Shown: piece after piece, positions 1 to 9,059 of the stretch
Layout: each line of letters starts with the position of its first letter
Position numbering within the stretch: the first letter of the stretch is position 1
Translations under genes and position numbers: made by a program
The notes under the pieces: model-generated
Databases searched by the model: none
Told to the model about the DNA's origin: nothing
Seen by the model: the letters and a program-made list of their open reading frames with translations, nothing else
DNA from: Candidatus Micrarchaeia archaeon
GTDB lineage: Archaea; Micrarchaeota; Micrarchaeia; Norongarragalinales; CAINOH01
Length of the DNA: 64,000 bases
Assembly: GCA_041663565.1 (NCBI GenBank)
Contig: JBAYMJ010000001.1
Span: 1,259-65,258 of the forward strand
Direction of reading: 5' to 3'

Positions 1-391
1 TGTTCCGGTAGTGCGCCTTGACCCGCTTCTTGATTATGGCTTCCTCCTCGGGCTTGCGCAAAGCCTCGGGCATCATCACCTTGAGCTCTATCTTGGAGCC
101 CTTCTGCCGGGTGGCCTTCTTGACCTCCAGCAGGAAGTCGTCCGAAAGCGAGCGCACGTCGTAAGGCCGCGGGTCGAAGTCCGAGAAGATGTCGTCGTAA
201 GTGTCGAGTATTATGCTGATTTCGGAAAGCGAAAGCAGGCGCTGCTTCTCTACGTCGGGAATGTCCACAAGCGGGGTAGTCAGCGTGGTTTGCTTCAGCC
301 CCGGATGCGCTGCTTGCGCCGGCGCTTTGGCCTCCTTTGGGGCCTCGCGGGGCTGCTGCGGGCCGGGTTGTGCTTGGGGCGAGTTCGGCAT
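1..391 (-). CDS. hypothetical protein (N-terminal ~130 aa visible; gene runs off the left edge)
   Basis: Absent from the ORF track because it has no stop inside the window. My own reverse-strand translation from the ATG at 391 reads MPNSPQAQPGPQQPREAPKEAKAP...DFDPRPYDVRSLSDDFLLEVKKATRQKGSKIELKVMMPEALRKPEEEAIIKKRVKAHYRN and stays open to position 1. The + strand ORFs 11..403 and 201..416 are Arg/Gly/Leu-rich antisense artefacts. No family recognised. Confidence 0.5.
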   Translation of the reverse strand, partial: MPNSPQAQPGPQQPREAPKEAKAPAQAAHPGLKQTTLTTPLVDIPDVEKQRLLSLSEISIILDTYDDIFSDFDPRPYDVRSLSDDFLLEVKKATRQKGSKIELKVMMPEALRKPEEEAIIKKRVKAHYRN

Positions 392-541
392 GGTAATCAC
401 TAAATCAGTCAGATAGTAGTATGGCCGGCAAGCAATATAACAGGCTGGGCGGATTTAAAGGGGGTAAAAATGAGGGCGGTTGACCCGAAAAGCAGGGTGG
501 GTGGACGGGCTGGATAAGGCAATTGGGACGGAAACGCAGGT

Positions 542-874
542 TCACTTAGCCTGCCTTGCCTCTGCCTTCTTGGTGTCCCAGAGGTTTCCTATCGCGCCCG
601 AGATTTTCCAGGTCCGGATGGCAATCGGGGCAGCAGCGTACGCGGTCTTGAGCGCAAGGCAGGCAAGGACCTCCTTGAGCATTACGGTCTGGCACTTCAC
701 GATGCCGCGCTGGGCTTCCTCGTCGAACTCCTTGAGGAACGCCTTGGCCTTGCTCGCGCCAAGCTCGCCAACTCCCTCAAGCAGGGCAGCCTGGACGAGC
801 TTGGAGGCGTCAACCTTGGAGAGCCTGTGCTGGGACTCGAACGAGACGAGGATGTAGCGCTTCTTTTCCTGCAT
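542..874 (-). CDS. rnp2: RNase P protein component 2 (Pop5/Rpp14 family)
   Basis: 110-aa ORF. The KKRYILV block, GELGASKAKAF and EEAQRGIVKC match my recollection of the archaeal Pop5 pattern (KKRYI...LGELG.AKAK...Q.GI..C). The size is typical. Confidence 0.8.
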   Translation of the reverse strand: MQEKKRYILVSFESQHRLSKVDASKLVQAALLEGVGELGASKAKAFLKEFDEEAQRGIVKCQTVMLKEVLACLALKTAYAAAPIAIRTWKISGAIGNLWDTKKAEARQAK

Positions 875-914
875 TTTTCAAACAACCCGCGTGGCGAAGA
901 ACGTGAAAGTCCGT

Positions 915-1388
915 TCAGATGAAAGAGGAGAGCTCCAAAAGCTCCTCCGAGGAGTATGCGCGCTCGCAGTAGGCGCAGCGCACGTGCAGCGGGCTCTTGC
1001 GCTCGACTTTGAGGAGCGGCCTTCCCTCCTTGTTGGAGATGCACTTGGGGTTGGGGCAGCGGATGACGTCCTCGAACGAGTCGGGCACGGAAATCTTGCG
1101 CTTCTTCACAATCTGGTACTCGTGCACGAAGTTGACCGTCGCAGCCGGCGCAATCAATGCAATCTTGTTGATTTCCTTCTCCTCAAGCGCGCGCTCCTCA
1201 ATCTTGATGATGTCCTTGAGCCCCTGAGTTGTGCTCGGGGTGTTCATCACCATGCTGACAGTCGCGTGGAAGCCCTCGTCTATCCCAAGGATGGAAAGCA
1301 CGGCAAGCCCCTTGCCCTTCGGGATGTGGTCTATGACCACGCCGTTCTCAATCTTCTTTATCTTCATCTTGTCCTGTTCGGTTTCCAT
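915..1388 (-). CDS. pyrI: aspartate carbamoyltransferase regulatory chain
   Basis: METEQDKMKIKKIENGVVIDHIPKGKG... with a C-terminal zinc motif (CPNPKC ... CAYC). Start trimmed to the ATG at 1388, because the ORF-track start at 1523 lies inside pyrB. Sits directly downstream of pyrB. Confidence 0.9.
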   Translation of the reverse strand: METEQDKMKIKKIENGVVIDHIPKGKGLAVLSILGIDEGFHATVSMVMNTPSTTQGLKDIIKIEERALEEKEINKIALIAPAATVNFVHEYQIVKKRKISVPDSFEDVIRCPNPKCISNKEGRPLLKVERKSPLHVRCAYCERAYSSEELLELSSFI

Positions 1389-1413
1389 AAAGCGCAACAA
1401 CCCTCTTCTCGTT

Positions 1414-2325
1414 TCATCCAAGGACCGAGTCCAGTATCGCCATGCGCACCGGGATGCCGTTCGCCTCCTGCGCAAAGTAGGCGGCCTGCGGGAGCGAGTC
1501 CACCTCGGTGGCAATCTCGTCAACGCGCGGGAACGGGTGCATTATGATGGCGTCGTCCTTCATCTTCCTCACTGCCTCGGCGTCAATCACGTAGGAGTAG
1601 CGCTCGGCCTCCTCCGGGTCGTCGAAGCGCTCCTTCTGGATGCGGGTTGCGTAGACCACGTCGGAATTCGAAAGGTCAAGCTCGTCAAGCTCGCGGATTT
1701 TTACCCTGCCAGCGATGTCGGAGTGGATTACCTGCGGAAGCTTCAGTTGCGGAGGCGACCACAGCTCAATCTTGACGTCGAAGTTCGCAAGCGCGTAGCA
1801 GAGGGAGTGTATGGTGCGGCCGTTCTTCAAGTCGCCAATCATCGAGATGGTCAGGCCGTCCAGTTTTCCCTTCTTTTGGAACATCGTGTAAGTGTCAAGG
1901 AGCGCCTGGGTGGGGTGCTGGTTCGCGCCGTCCCCGCCGTTTATGACTGGGATTTTCGCGGCATCAGCGGCAAGCCGCGCCGCGCCCTCGAGCGAGTGCC
2001 GGATTACGATCACGTCGGCGCAGGACTCGACCATGCGGATGGTATCGTAGACCGTCTCGCCCTTTGCAACGGAAGTGGTGTCCGCGTCCGAGAACGCGAT
2101 TATGCGGCCGCCGAGGCGCTGCATAGCAGTCTGGAAGGAGAATTGCGTGCGCGTGGATGGCTCGAAAAAAAGCGATGCGAGCACCTTTCCGGACTGCTTG
2201 TCGTAGGACTTCTTCTGCGTGACCGCGTCCTCGTACTTCTTGGCCTTGTGCCAGATTTGCTCGATTGCCTCGCGGGGAACGTCCCTCGTGCTCAGGATGT
2301 CCCTTCCAGCCCAGTAGTCCGCCAT
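1414..2325 (-). CDS. pyrB: aspartate carbamoyltransferase catalytic chain
   Basis: ATCase signature blocks STRTQFSFQTA, HPTQALLD, GDLKNGRTIHS and HPFPR. Start trimmed to MADYWAGRDILS (ATG at 2325), giving 303 aa. Confidence 0.95.
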   Translation of the reverse strand: MADYWAGRDILSTRDVPREAIEQIWHKAKKYEDAVTQKKSYDKQSGKVLASLFFEPSTRTQFSFQTAMQRLGGRIIAFSDADTTSVAKGETVYDTIRMVESCADVIVIRHSLEGAARLAADAAKIPVINGGDGANQHPTQALLDTYTMFQKKGKLDGLTISMIGDLKNGRTIHSLCYALANFDVKIELWSPPQLKLPQVIHSDIAGRVKIRELDELDLSNSDVVYATRIQKERFDDPEEAERYSYVIDAEAVRKMKDDAIIMHPFPRVDEIATEVDSLPQAAYFAQEANGIPVRMAILDSVLG

Positions 2326-2443
2326 AATAGTGCCTACACCCAAAAAAGCGTTTTGGACATCCCAACCGGTTGTCCAGACAAACAATGCCTGCAATAGGAT
2401 AAAAGTGTATTGTGCAACCCTTGGGACTAGAAGGCCATATGCC

Positions 2444-3787
2444 TTAAGCCCGGAGTGCAAGCTTTCCTTCGCCGCGCTTTATGCAGATGTTCTCGCCATC
2501 GAAGGCTACTTTTCCTCCGAGGATGGTCTGCTCGACCTTGCCGCGGAGCCTGTGGCCCTCGTAGGGCGTCCAGCCTGCCTTTGAAAGCTGTTCCTCCGCC
2601 CGGACGGTGTGCTCCTTTTTCAGGTCAACCAGGACGATGTCGGCGTCATAGCCCTCGGCAAGGATGCCCTTCTTTGAAAGGCCGAATATGCGAGCCGGGT
2701 TCGTCGAGCAGTATCGGACGACCTGCGCAAGGGAGACGAGGTTGCGGTTTGCGGCATCAATCATAAGGGGGACGCGCATCTGCACCCCCGGCACCCCGGA
2801 TGGCGCCTGCCAGTAGTCCTGCTCCTTTTCCTTCCGCGTGTGGGGCGCGTGGTCGGAAGCGATGCAGTCTATTGGCGAACGCGCCTTGGAAAGCTCGTCC
2901 CATACTGCGGCCACGTCCACTCGCGAGCGCAGCGGCGGGTTGACCTTCCCGTAGTTGCCAAGGCCCCGGGCGTCGTGCTCGGTAAGGAAGAGGTGGTGGG
3001 TGCACACTTCAAGCGTGACGGGCACGCCGCCGTTCTTGTAAGTTGAGACTATGTCAAGCTCTGCCTTCGTCGAGGCGTGGCAGACGTGGATGCCCCGCTT
3101 TGCCTTGGAAGCGGCATCGCAGGCAGCTTCTACGGAAATCGCGGCAGTCGTGGGGCTGCGGATGATGTTGTGGTAATCCATCTTGCCCCTTGCATCGCGC
3201 TTCTTGTACTCCTCGGTGAGCTTGCGGATTTCGGTCTCGTCTTCTGCGTGCACGCAGACCGGGAAGTGCGCAGGCACGGCAGCCAGGTGCTTCTGGAAAT
3301 CGGCAAGCCGCTCGACAAGAAGGTCGCCGGTGCTCGAGCCGAGGTAGACTTTGAGCGCGAACACTGCAGGGTTCCTTGCAGCCTCGGCAGCGGCCAGCTG
3401 GTTTCCGGGGGTAGCGCCAAAGTACAGGCCGTAGTCGCAAACAGCCTTCTTCCTGGCAAGTGCGACCTTTTCCTTGAGCTGGGCAAGGCTGGAGACCGGC
3501 GGAGAGTTGTTGGGCATGTCCAGGATGGTTGTCGTGCCACCTGCAAGGGCCGAGGCGGTCCCCGTGTAGAAGTCTTCCTTCGCAGTCTGGCCGGGGTCGC
3601 GGAAATGGACGTGCGGGTCTATCATCCCGGGCAGGGCCACCAGCCCCGTGCAGTCGATTTTCTCGTCGAAGCTGCCGGAAATGGTCGAGCGCGAAATCTT
3701 CCTGACCTTTCCGGCCTCGTCGGAAGCGATGTTGCACTCCACAAGCGTGTCGTGAACCAGCACCTTGCAGTTTGAAAGAAGGAGCAT
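2444..3787 (-). CDS. pyrC: dihydroorotase (cyclic amidohydrolase family)
   Basis: 447 aa. Contains the PGMIDPHVHFRDPG metal-binding HxH motif and ALAGGTTTILDMPN. Sits upstream of pyrB-pyrI on the same strand. Allantoinase/hydantoinase relatives cannot be excluded by eye. Confidence 0.85.
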   Translation of the reverse strand: MLLLSNCKVLVHDTLVECNIASDEAGKVRKISRSTISGSFDEKIDCTGLVALPGMIDPHVHFRDPGQTAKEDFYTGTASALAGGTTTILDMPNNSPPVSSLAQLKEKVALARKKAVCDYGLYFGATPGNQLAAAEAARNPAVFALKVYLGSSTGDLLVERLADFQKHLAAVPAHFPVCVHAEDETEIRKLTEEYKKRDARGKMDYHNIIRSPTTAAISVEAACDAASKAKRGIHVCHASTKAELDIVSTYKNGGVPVTLEVCTHHLFLTEHDARGLGNYGKVNPPLRSRVDVAAVWDELSKARSPIDCIASDHAPHTRKEKEQDYWQAPSGVPGVQMRVPLMIDAANRNLVSLAQVVRYCSTNPARIFGLSKKGILAEGYDADIVLVDLKKEHTVRAEEQLSKAGWTPYEGHRLRGKVEQTILGGKVAFDGENICIKRGEGKLALRA

Positions 3788-4025
3788 GAACAGGTTTCGT
3801 TTTGGCAGTATAAAGCACTATTGGCCTGCGGCCCTGCAGGCAGTCGGGGGCGATGCCGCACTATTATAAATGGGGTTTTGCACTAAATATTGGTAAGAAA
3901 GTGAAAGGAAACCAAGCCCGCCGAAAGGCGCTTTGTTGTTTTTTGTTTAAGGCAACGGGTAACCGCGGCATCTGCCGTTCCTGTGCCAGTAAAAGTTTTT
4001 GACTAAAAGTAAGGAGTGGTTGAAT

Positions 4026-4745
4026 ATGTATCCTCCACAGCAGTCCCAATACGACCGCGCGATTACGGTATTCTCGCCCGACGGAAGGCTCTTCCAGGTC
4101 GAGTACGCACGCGAGGCCGTCAAGACCGGGAGCACAAGCATCGGGATTGTCAGCAAGGACGGGGTCGCGATGGTGGCGCACAAGCGCATATCCTCGCCGC
4201 TCATAGTCGGCGACTCGCACGAAAAGATATTCACAATAGACAACCACGTGATTGCATCCTCTTCGGGCCTTGTTGCCGACGCGCGCAAGCTAGTTGACTT
4301 CGCCCGGCTGGAGTCGCAGAAGCACAAGCTCACGTTTGACGAGGAAATCTCGGTCGAGTACCTTGCAAAGCAGGTGGGAGACCACATCCAGTTCTTCACC
4401 CAGGTCGCCGGAGTAAGGCCCTATGGAGTCTCGCTTCTGCTTGCAGGAGTGGGCACTACGGGCGCAAGGCTCTTTGAGACCGACCCCTCTGGTGCAATCT
4501 TTGAGTACAAGGCAACCGCCATCGGGAGCGGCAAGAAGGGAGTGGAGCAGTTCTTCGAGAAGGAGTACAAGGACGGCCTCTCGATGGACGACGCCATCAG
4601 GCTTGCAATCAAGGCGCTCAAGAAGGTGACCGAGGAGAAGCTCTCGCCGCAAGTGATTGACGTTTCAATAGTGGAGTCCAAGTCCAGGAAGTCGCGCGAC
4701 CTCTCAAACGACGAGGTTGCGAAGTTCATGGCGGACTCGAAATAG
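4026..4745 (+). CDS. psmA: proteasome subunit alpha
   Basis: YDRAITVFSPDGRLFQVEYAREAVK is the classical alpha-subunit N-terminus. ATG at 4026 is preceded by AAGGAGTGG. The ORF-track start at 3999 is a TTG. Confidence 0.95.
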   Translation: MYPPQQSQYDRAITVFSPDGRLFQVEYAREAVKTGSTSIGIVSKDGVAMVAHKRISSPLIVGDSHEKIFTIDNHVIASSSGLVADARKLVDFARLESQKHKLTFDEEISVEYLAKQVGDHIQFFTQVAGVRPYGVSLLLAGVGTTGARLFETDPSGAIFEYKATAIGSGKKGVEQFFEKEYKDGLSMDDAIRLAIKALKKVTEEKLSPQVIDVSIVESKSRKSRDLSNDEVAKFMADSK

Positions 4746-4773
4746 GCAGGAACAGCTTAGAGATAGAGGACTC

Positions 4774-5469
4774 ATGTCCCACATCGAAAACACCATAATC
4801 GCCCGGCTTGAGAAGGCCGGCGAGACGTTCGAGATTCTCGTGGACCCCAAGAAGGGTTACGAGTACAAGACGGGCGCCAAAAAGGAGCTTGACAACGTCC
4901 TGGTCTTCGAGGAAGTGTTCAAGAACGCCAACAAGGGCGAACGCCACACCGGCGCCGCGCTCAAGAAGGCGTTCGGGACTGAAGACGTCCGAGTCATCGC
5001 AGACGTCATCTTCAAGGATGGCGAGCTGCAGATTACGACCGACCAGAGGCGCAAGCTCCTGGAAGAGAAGCGTGTCAAGATAATCGCGCTGATTGCGCGT
5101 TCGGTAATAGACCCGCGCACCAAGGCGCCCCATCCGCCCGCAAGAATCGAGGCGGCAATGGAGCAGGCGCGGGTTCACATCGACGCGTTCAAGAACGCGG
5201 AAGAGCAGGTCTCAAAAATCATTGAGGAACTGCGGGAGATAATCCCCATCTCGACTGCTTCGGTGAAGGTGGCAATCAAGGTGCCGGCGAACTTCGTGCA
5301 CCGCTGCTACTCGACGCTGAAGGAATACGGGATAAAGAAGGAGGAGTACGCCTCGGACGGCTCGCTGGTCGTGATGATTGAAATCCCGGCAGCGTTGCAG
5401 GAAGAGGTGTACGACAGGCTGAACGGCCTGACGCAGGGCGCGGTCCAGACGCGGCTCGTGGACAGATAA
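4774..5469 (+). CDS. SBDS-family ribosome maturation protein
   Basis: MSHIENTIIARLEKAGETFEILVDPKKGYEYK... matches the SBDS/Sdo1 N-terminal FYSH-domain pattern. Occupies the conserved position between psmA and rrp4 in the archaeal superoperon. Start at the ATG at 4774. Confidence 0.9.
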   Translation: MSHIENTIIARLEKAGETFEILVDPKKGYEYKTGAKKELDNVLVFEEVFKNANKGERHTGAALKKAFGTEDVRVIADVIFKDGELQITTDQRRKLLEEKRVKIIALIARSVIDPRTKAPHPPARIEAAMEQARVHIDAFKNAEEQVSKIIEELREIIPISTASVKVAIKVPANFVHRCYSTLKEYGIKKEEYASDGSLVVMIEIPAALQEEVYDRLNGLTQGAVQTRLVDR

Positions 5470-5534
5470 AATTTGTTGGAATTCTGGAAGCAAAGAAGGA
5501 AAAATTCATTTTGATTTGGAAAAAGGTGCAACGA

Positions 5535-6203
5535 ATGGAAAAGCAACTGATATTGCCCGGCGCCATCGCGGCCACGTCGCCGCGAAGGATGGACGGGTGC
5601 TATGTTGACGACGGCAAGACCTTCGTCTCCGTTGTCAGCCTCAAGGCTGGCGACAAGATAATCCCCCTCAAGGGGCACTACGTGCCGCGCATCGGCGACT
5701 ACATAATCGGCATCATCTCGGAAGAGAGGTTCTCCGGCTATGAGGTCGACATCAACGCACCGTTCCCCTCCTCGATATCGGCCCGCGACATCCGCGAGAC
5801 GTTCCAGGTCGGCGACGTGGTATCGGCGAAGGTGCGCATGGTGGACGAGGTCCACACCGCGCAGCTTGTCGAGCCGCGCAAGCTCTACGCAGGCAGGCTC
5901 ATCGAGATTGAGAGCGTCAAGGTCCCGCGCGTCATCGGGCGCAACGGCAGCATGCTCGCGCTAATCAAGGAGTACACCGGCTCGGACATCTTCGTGGGCA
6001 AGAACGGCCGCATATACACCAAGAACGGCGACATCGCCCTCTCCGTGATGGCCCTGCTCAAGATTTCAAGCGAGGCGCACACGAGCGGCCTGACCGACCG
6101 CATCAAGGAGATGCTCGAGGTCGAGTCCAAGAAGTCGCCTCACTATGATGCGACTGCCCAGAAACCGGCGGTGCAGGAAAGGCAACCTGCAGAGACTTAC
6201 TAG
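5535..6203 (+). CDS. rrp4: exosome complex RNA-binding protein Rrp4 (S1 + KH)
   Basis: S1-like segment (GDYIIGIISEERFSGYEVDINAP...VGDVVSAKV) followed by a KH segment (VPRVIGRNGSMLALIKEYTGSDIFVGKNGRI). ATG at 5535 is preceded by AAGGTG. Confidence 0.9.
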   Translation: MEKQLILPGAIAATSPRRMDGCYVDDGKTFVSVVSLKAGDKIIPLKGHYVPRIGDYIIGIISEERFSGYEVDINAPFPSSISARDIRETFQVGDVVSAKVRMVDEVHTAQLVEPRKLYAGRLIEIESVKVPRVIGRNGSMLALIKEYTGSDIFVGKNGRIYTKNGDIALSVMALLKISSEAHTSGLTDRIKEMLEVESKKSPHYDATAQKPAVQERQPAETY

Positions 6204-6228
6204 AATAACATTTGAATGGTGATTTGAT

Positions 6229-7011
6229 ATGGCAGAAGAAGAGACAGCCGCGATGGCTTCAGGCAAGGCGCCCAAGAAGCTCATCGAGAACGGCATCCGC
6301 AACGACGGCCGCACGTCCTCGGACTTGCGCAACCTCAAGATTACTGTCGGAGTGCTCAAGAAGGCATCCGGCTCCGCTCTCATCGAGTGGGGGAAGAACC
6401 GCATCCTTGCCGGAGTATACGGCCCGCGCGAGGTGTTCCCCAAGCACAACATGAACCCCAACAAGGCCATCATCAACTGCAGGTATGCAATGGTGCCATT
6501 CTCGTCCCTTGAGGAGCACGGACGGTTCGGCCCCAACAGGAGGGCAATCGAGATTGGCAAGGTAGGAAAGCACGTGTTCGAGAACGCCATCCTTACCGAG
6601 CAGTTCCCCAAGACCATGATTGACATCAACATCGACGTGCTGCAGAGCGACGGAGGGACCCGCGTGGCGGGAATCGTCGCTGCATCGCTTGCGCTTGTTG
6701 ACGCCGGAATCCCGATGCGCGACATCCCCTGCGGAGTCTCGATTGGAAAGGTCGACGGCACCCTTGTCGCTGACCTGGACAAGACCGAGGACAACCTCGG
6801 GCAGTCCGACATGCCGGTCATATTCTCGCCCCGCACTTGGGACATCCTGCTCTTCCAGATGGACGGCATGCTGACCAAGAAGGAAATCATGGACGGCATC
6901 GACCTTGCACGCGTGGCGACCCAGAAGGTGCACGAGGTGCAGGTTGCTGCTCTCGAGGCAAAGTACGGCGCTGCGGCAGCAGGGGACGACGACTCGCAGG
7001 AGACTGCCTAA
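6229..7011 (+). CDS. rrp41: exosome complex exonuclease Rrp41 (RNase PH domain)
   Basis: RNDGRTSSDLRNLKITVGVLKKASGSALIEWGKNRILAGVYGPRE and QSDGGTRVAGIVAASLALVDAGIPM are RNase PH hallmarks. GGTGAT lies upstream of the ATG. Confidence 0.9.
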   Translation: MAEEETAAMASGKAPKKLIENGIRNDGRTSSDLRNLKITVGVLKKASGSALIEWGKNRILAGVYGPREVFPKHNMNPNKAIINCRYAMVPFSSLEEHGRFGPNRRAIEIGKVGKHVFENAILTEQFPKTMIDINIDVLQSDGGTRVAGIVAASLALVDAGIPMRDIPCGVSIGKVDGTLVADLDKTEDNLGQSDMPVIFSPRTWDILLFQMDGMLTKKEIMDGIDLARVATQKVHEVQVAALEAKYGAAAAGDDDSQETA

Positions 7012-7042
7012 GGGAAATTTGAACGGTTATTGGTGAAACTAT

Positions 7043-7813
7043 ATGATAACAAACGAGGTCAAGGAGGCATTCGTGCTTGACTTGATGAAGAAAAACACGC
7101 GAGTTGACGGCAGGGGAATGCTGGACTACCGCCAGATTTCAGTGACGAAGAACGTCTATGAGAACTGCGAAGGCAGCGCCATGGCGCAGATTGGCGACAC
7201 CAAGGTCATCGCAGGTCTCAAGCTGGACGTCGCGACTCCCTTCGGCGACAGGCCGACCCAGGGAGTCATAATGTTCAACGCCGAGTTCTCGCCCGTCGCG
7301 CACCCCGACTTCACTGCCGGGCCGCCGGACGAGCGCAGCATCGAGCTTGCCCGAGTTGTTGACCGCGGCATCCGCTCAGCGGAGTGCATCGACCTGGACA
7401 AGCTCTTCATGGAGGAAGGCAAGGTGCTCGGGGTGTTCATCGACCTTTTCATAATCGACCACAACGGCAACCTCACCGACGCGGCGTACCTTGCCTCGAT
7501 GGCGGCGCTCCGCACGGCAAAGATGCCCAAGTACGAGGATGGAAAGCTCATCCGCGAGGAGCGCACCGCTCCGCTTCCGATTGCGCGCGACGTCGTGTCG
7601 TGCACCTTCGAAAAGGTCGGCGACAAGCTTTTGCTCGACGCGCGCGAGGAGGAGGAAGTCTCGTCCTCAGGCCGCGTGACGCTGGCTACTTGCGGCGACG
7701 ACCTGTTCTGCGCATCGCAGAAGAGCGGACGCGCCGGCTTTACCCGCGCGGAGTTCGAAAGCATGATTGACACTTCCCTTGCAAAGCGCAAGGAGCTGCT
7801 CAAGTACATTTAG
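7043..7813 (+). CDS. rrp42: exosome complex component Rrp42 (RNase PH-like, non-catalytic)
   Basis: RVDGRGMLDYRQISVTKNVYENCEGSAMAQIGDTKVIAGLK is an RNase PH-like fold pattern. Follows rrp41. Confidence 0.9.
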   Translation: MITNEVKEAFVLDLMKKNTRVDGRGMLDYRQISVTKNVYENCEGSAMAQIGDTKVIAGLKLDVATPFGDRPTQGVIMFNAEFSPVAHPDFTAGPPDERSIELARVVDRGIRSAECIDLDKLFMEEGKVLGVFIDLFIIDHNGNLTDAAYLASMAALRTAKMPKYEDGKLIREERTAPLPIARDVVSCTFEKVGDKLLLDAREEEEVSSSGRVTLATCGDDLFCASQKSGRAGFTRAEFESMIDTSLAKRKELLKYI

Positions 7814-7824
7814 GGTGTAAGAAT

Positions 7825-8067
7825 ATGGGTTCACATTACGGAGTAAAAATACGCAAGCAGGAAAACAAAATTAAGACCGCGCAGAAGCTTCGGCACGCGT
7901 GCCCTTCCTGCGGCAAGGCCAAGGTCAAGCGCACCTCGACTGCGCTCTTTGAGTGCGCGTCGTGCGGGACGGTGTTTGCGGGCGGCACGTACGTCCCCCG
8001 CACCAACGTGGGAATCACTGCCGCAAAGCTGCAGTCATCCAAGAACGTGCAGGCAAAGGAAGAGTAA
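7825..8067 (+). CDS. rpl37ae: 50S ribosomal protein L37Ae (eL43)
   Basis: 80 aa. GVKIRKQENKI start and a CPSCG...CASCG zinc ribbon. Occupies the canonical position after rrp42. Confidence 0.9.
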   Translation: MGSHYGVKIRKQENKIKTAQKLRHACPSCGKAKVKRTSTALFECASCGTVFAGGTYVPRTNVGITAAKLQSSKNVQAKEE

Positions 8068-8117
8068 AACCTTCTTTTCCTTTAATCTTTTTTCTTTTGA
8101 CGGGTGCATCAGAGTTC

Positions 8118-8996
8118 ATGGCAATCGACAGCGGCACGGTCCTTTTTGAGGCCGACTTCCCAGGCAAGGCCTATTCCTATACCGCAAGGGCGGAAGACAA
8201 GGCAAAGCTTGCCGTACTGCTTTCTTCCGCACGCAAGGCCATTGCTGAGTACATATACGATTATGCACCCATTGACCGCAAGGCAATAGACAATTATTTT
8301 GCCGGGCAAAAGAAGCCAAAAAACCCGGCTGAGCTTGCTGCAATTCTTTCTTCAGTGTCGATGTCATCTATTGAGCGCGACCTGGAAAAGGCAGTCAAGT
8401 TCGAGCAGGTGCCCGCTGATGACATAAAAAAAGCAGATGTTGAAAAACGCAAGATTGGATACGCCACCAGCTACTATCTCTACCTGCTGTTCAAGTCCGC
8501 CTTCGGCGAGGAAGCGCCAAAGCCCGCTGGCTCGAGCAAGAACCAGATTATCCGCCTCGTCTCAAACTCAAGCGAGTGGATGGTCGTAAAGAAGACCAAC
8601 ACCGCAACCGCCACGAAGCCCGAGGCGCTATCCGCACTCATCGGCATGCTTTCCACAATCGTACGCAAGGAAGGCGACGTGCTGTGCAAGGAAGGCGACT
8701 TCGAGGGCGTGTCAACAGCGCTGTTCGGCTCTTTCTTCAAGAGAAAGTCCTTCGGAAAGCTCTGCGAGGCCATCAGCACGGTGCCGGTGCCAAAGGTCAC
8801 CGAGGTTGCCGACGCGAACGCGTTCGACAAGTCGGCTGCCGCTGACGAGCTTTTCGTACTCCTTTACCTGAAGGCGTTCTCGCTTTCGGGCTACTCGCCC
8901 TACCCCGAGCCGGACCTGCTTGCGGAGACCTACCCGCAGCTCAAGATTCCCAAGCCGAGGGGAAATTTCGGCGGCAAGAAAAAGAAGAAAGCGTAA
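8118..8996 (+). CDS. hypothetical protein with C-terminal poly-Lys tail
   Basis: Start trimmed to the ATG at 8118 (MAIDSGTVLFEADFPGK...), since the ORF-track start overlaps L37Ae. Balanced composition. Ends ...PKPRGNFGGKKKKKA. No family recognised. Confidence 0.5.
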   Translation: MAIDSGTVLFEADFPGKAYSYTARAEDKAKLAVLLSSARKAIAEYIYDYAPIDRKAIDNYFAGQKKPKNPAELAAILSSVSMSSIERDLEKAVKFEQVPADDIKKADVEKRKIGYATSYYLYLLFKSAFGEEAPKPAGSSKNQIIRLVSNSSEWMVVKKTNTATATKPEALSALIGMLSTIVRKEGDVLCKEGDFEGVSTALFGSFFKRKSFGKLCEAISTVPVPKVTEVADANAFDKSAAADELFVLLYLKAFSLSGYSPYPEPDLLAETYPQLKIPKPRGNFGGKKKKKA

Positions 8997-9059
8997 CCTA
9001 AACGGTTATGGGACCATAATCAGCAAGCTACTTTTCAGGACGTGCCGCTAAAACCGAAA

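Noticed and set aside
1231-2397. 388-aa + strand ORF
   Set aside because: It is entirely antisense to pyrB/pyrI, which have unambiguous ATCase motifs. Its composition is Arg/Leu/Gly/Val-rich, typical of shadow ORFs in high-GC DNA.
3864-4399. 127-aa and 150-aa minus-strand ORFs around the psmA start
   Set aside because: They overlap the psmA coding region or promoter. psmA is unambiguous, and these ORFs have no motifs or start context.
6066-6899. 277-aa and 224-aa minus-strand ORFs
   Set aside because: They are antisense to rrp41, which has clear RNase PH motifs. Their composition is Ser/Arg/Pro-rich and no family features are present.
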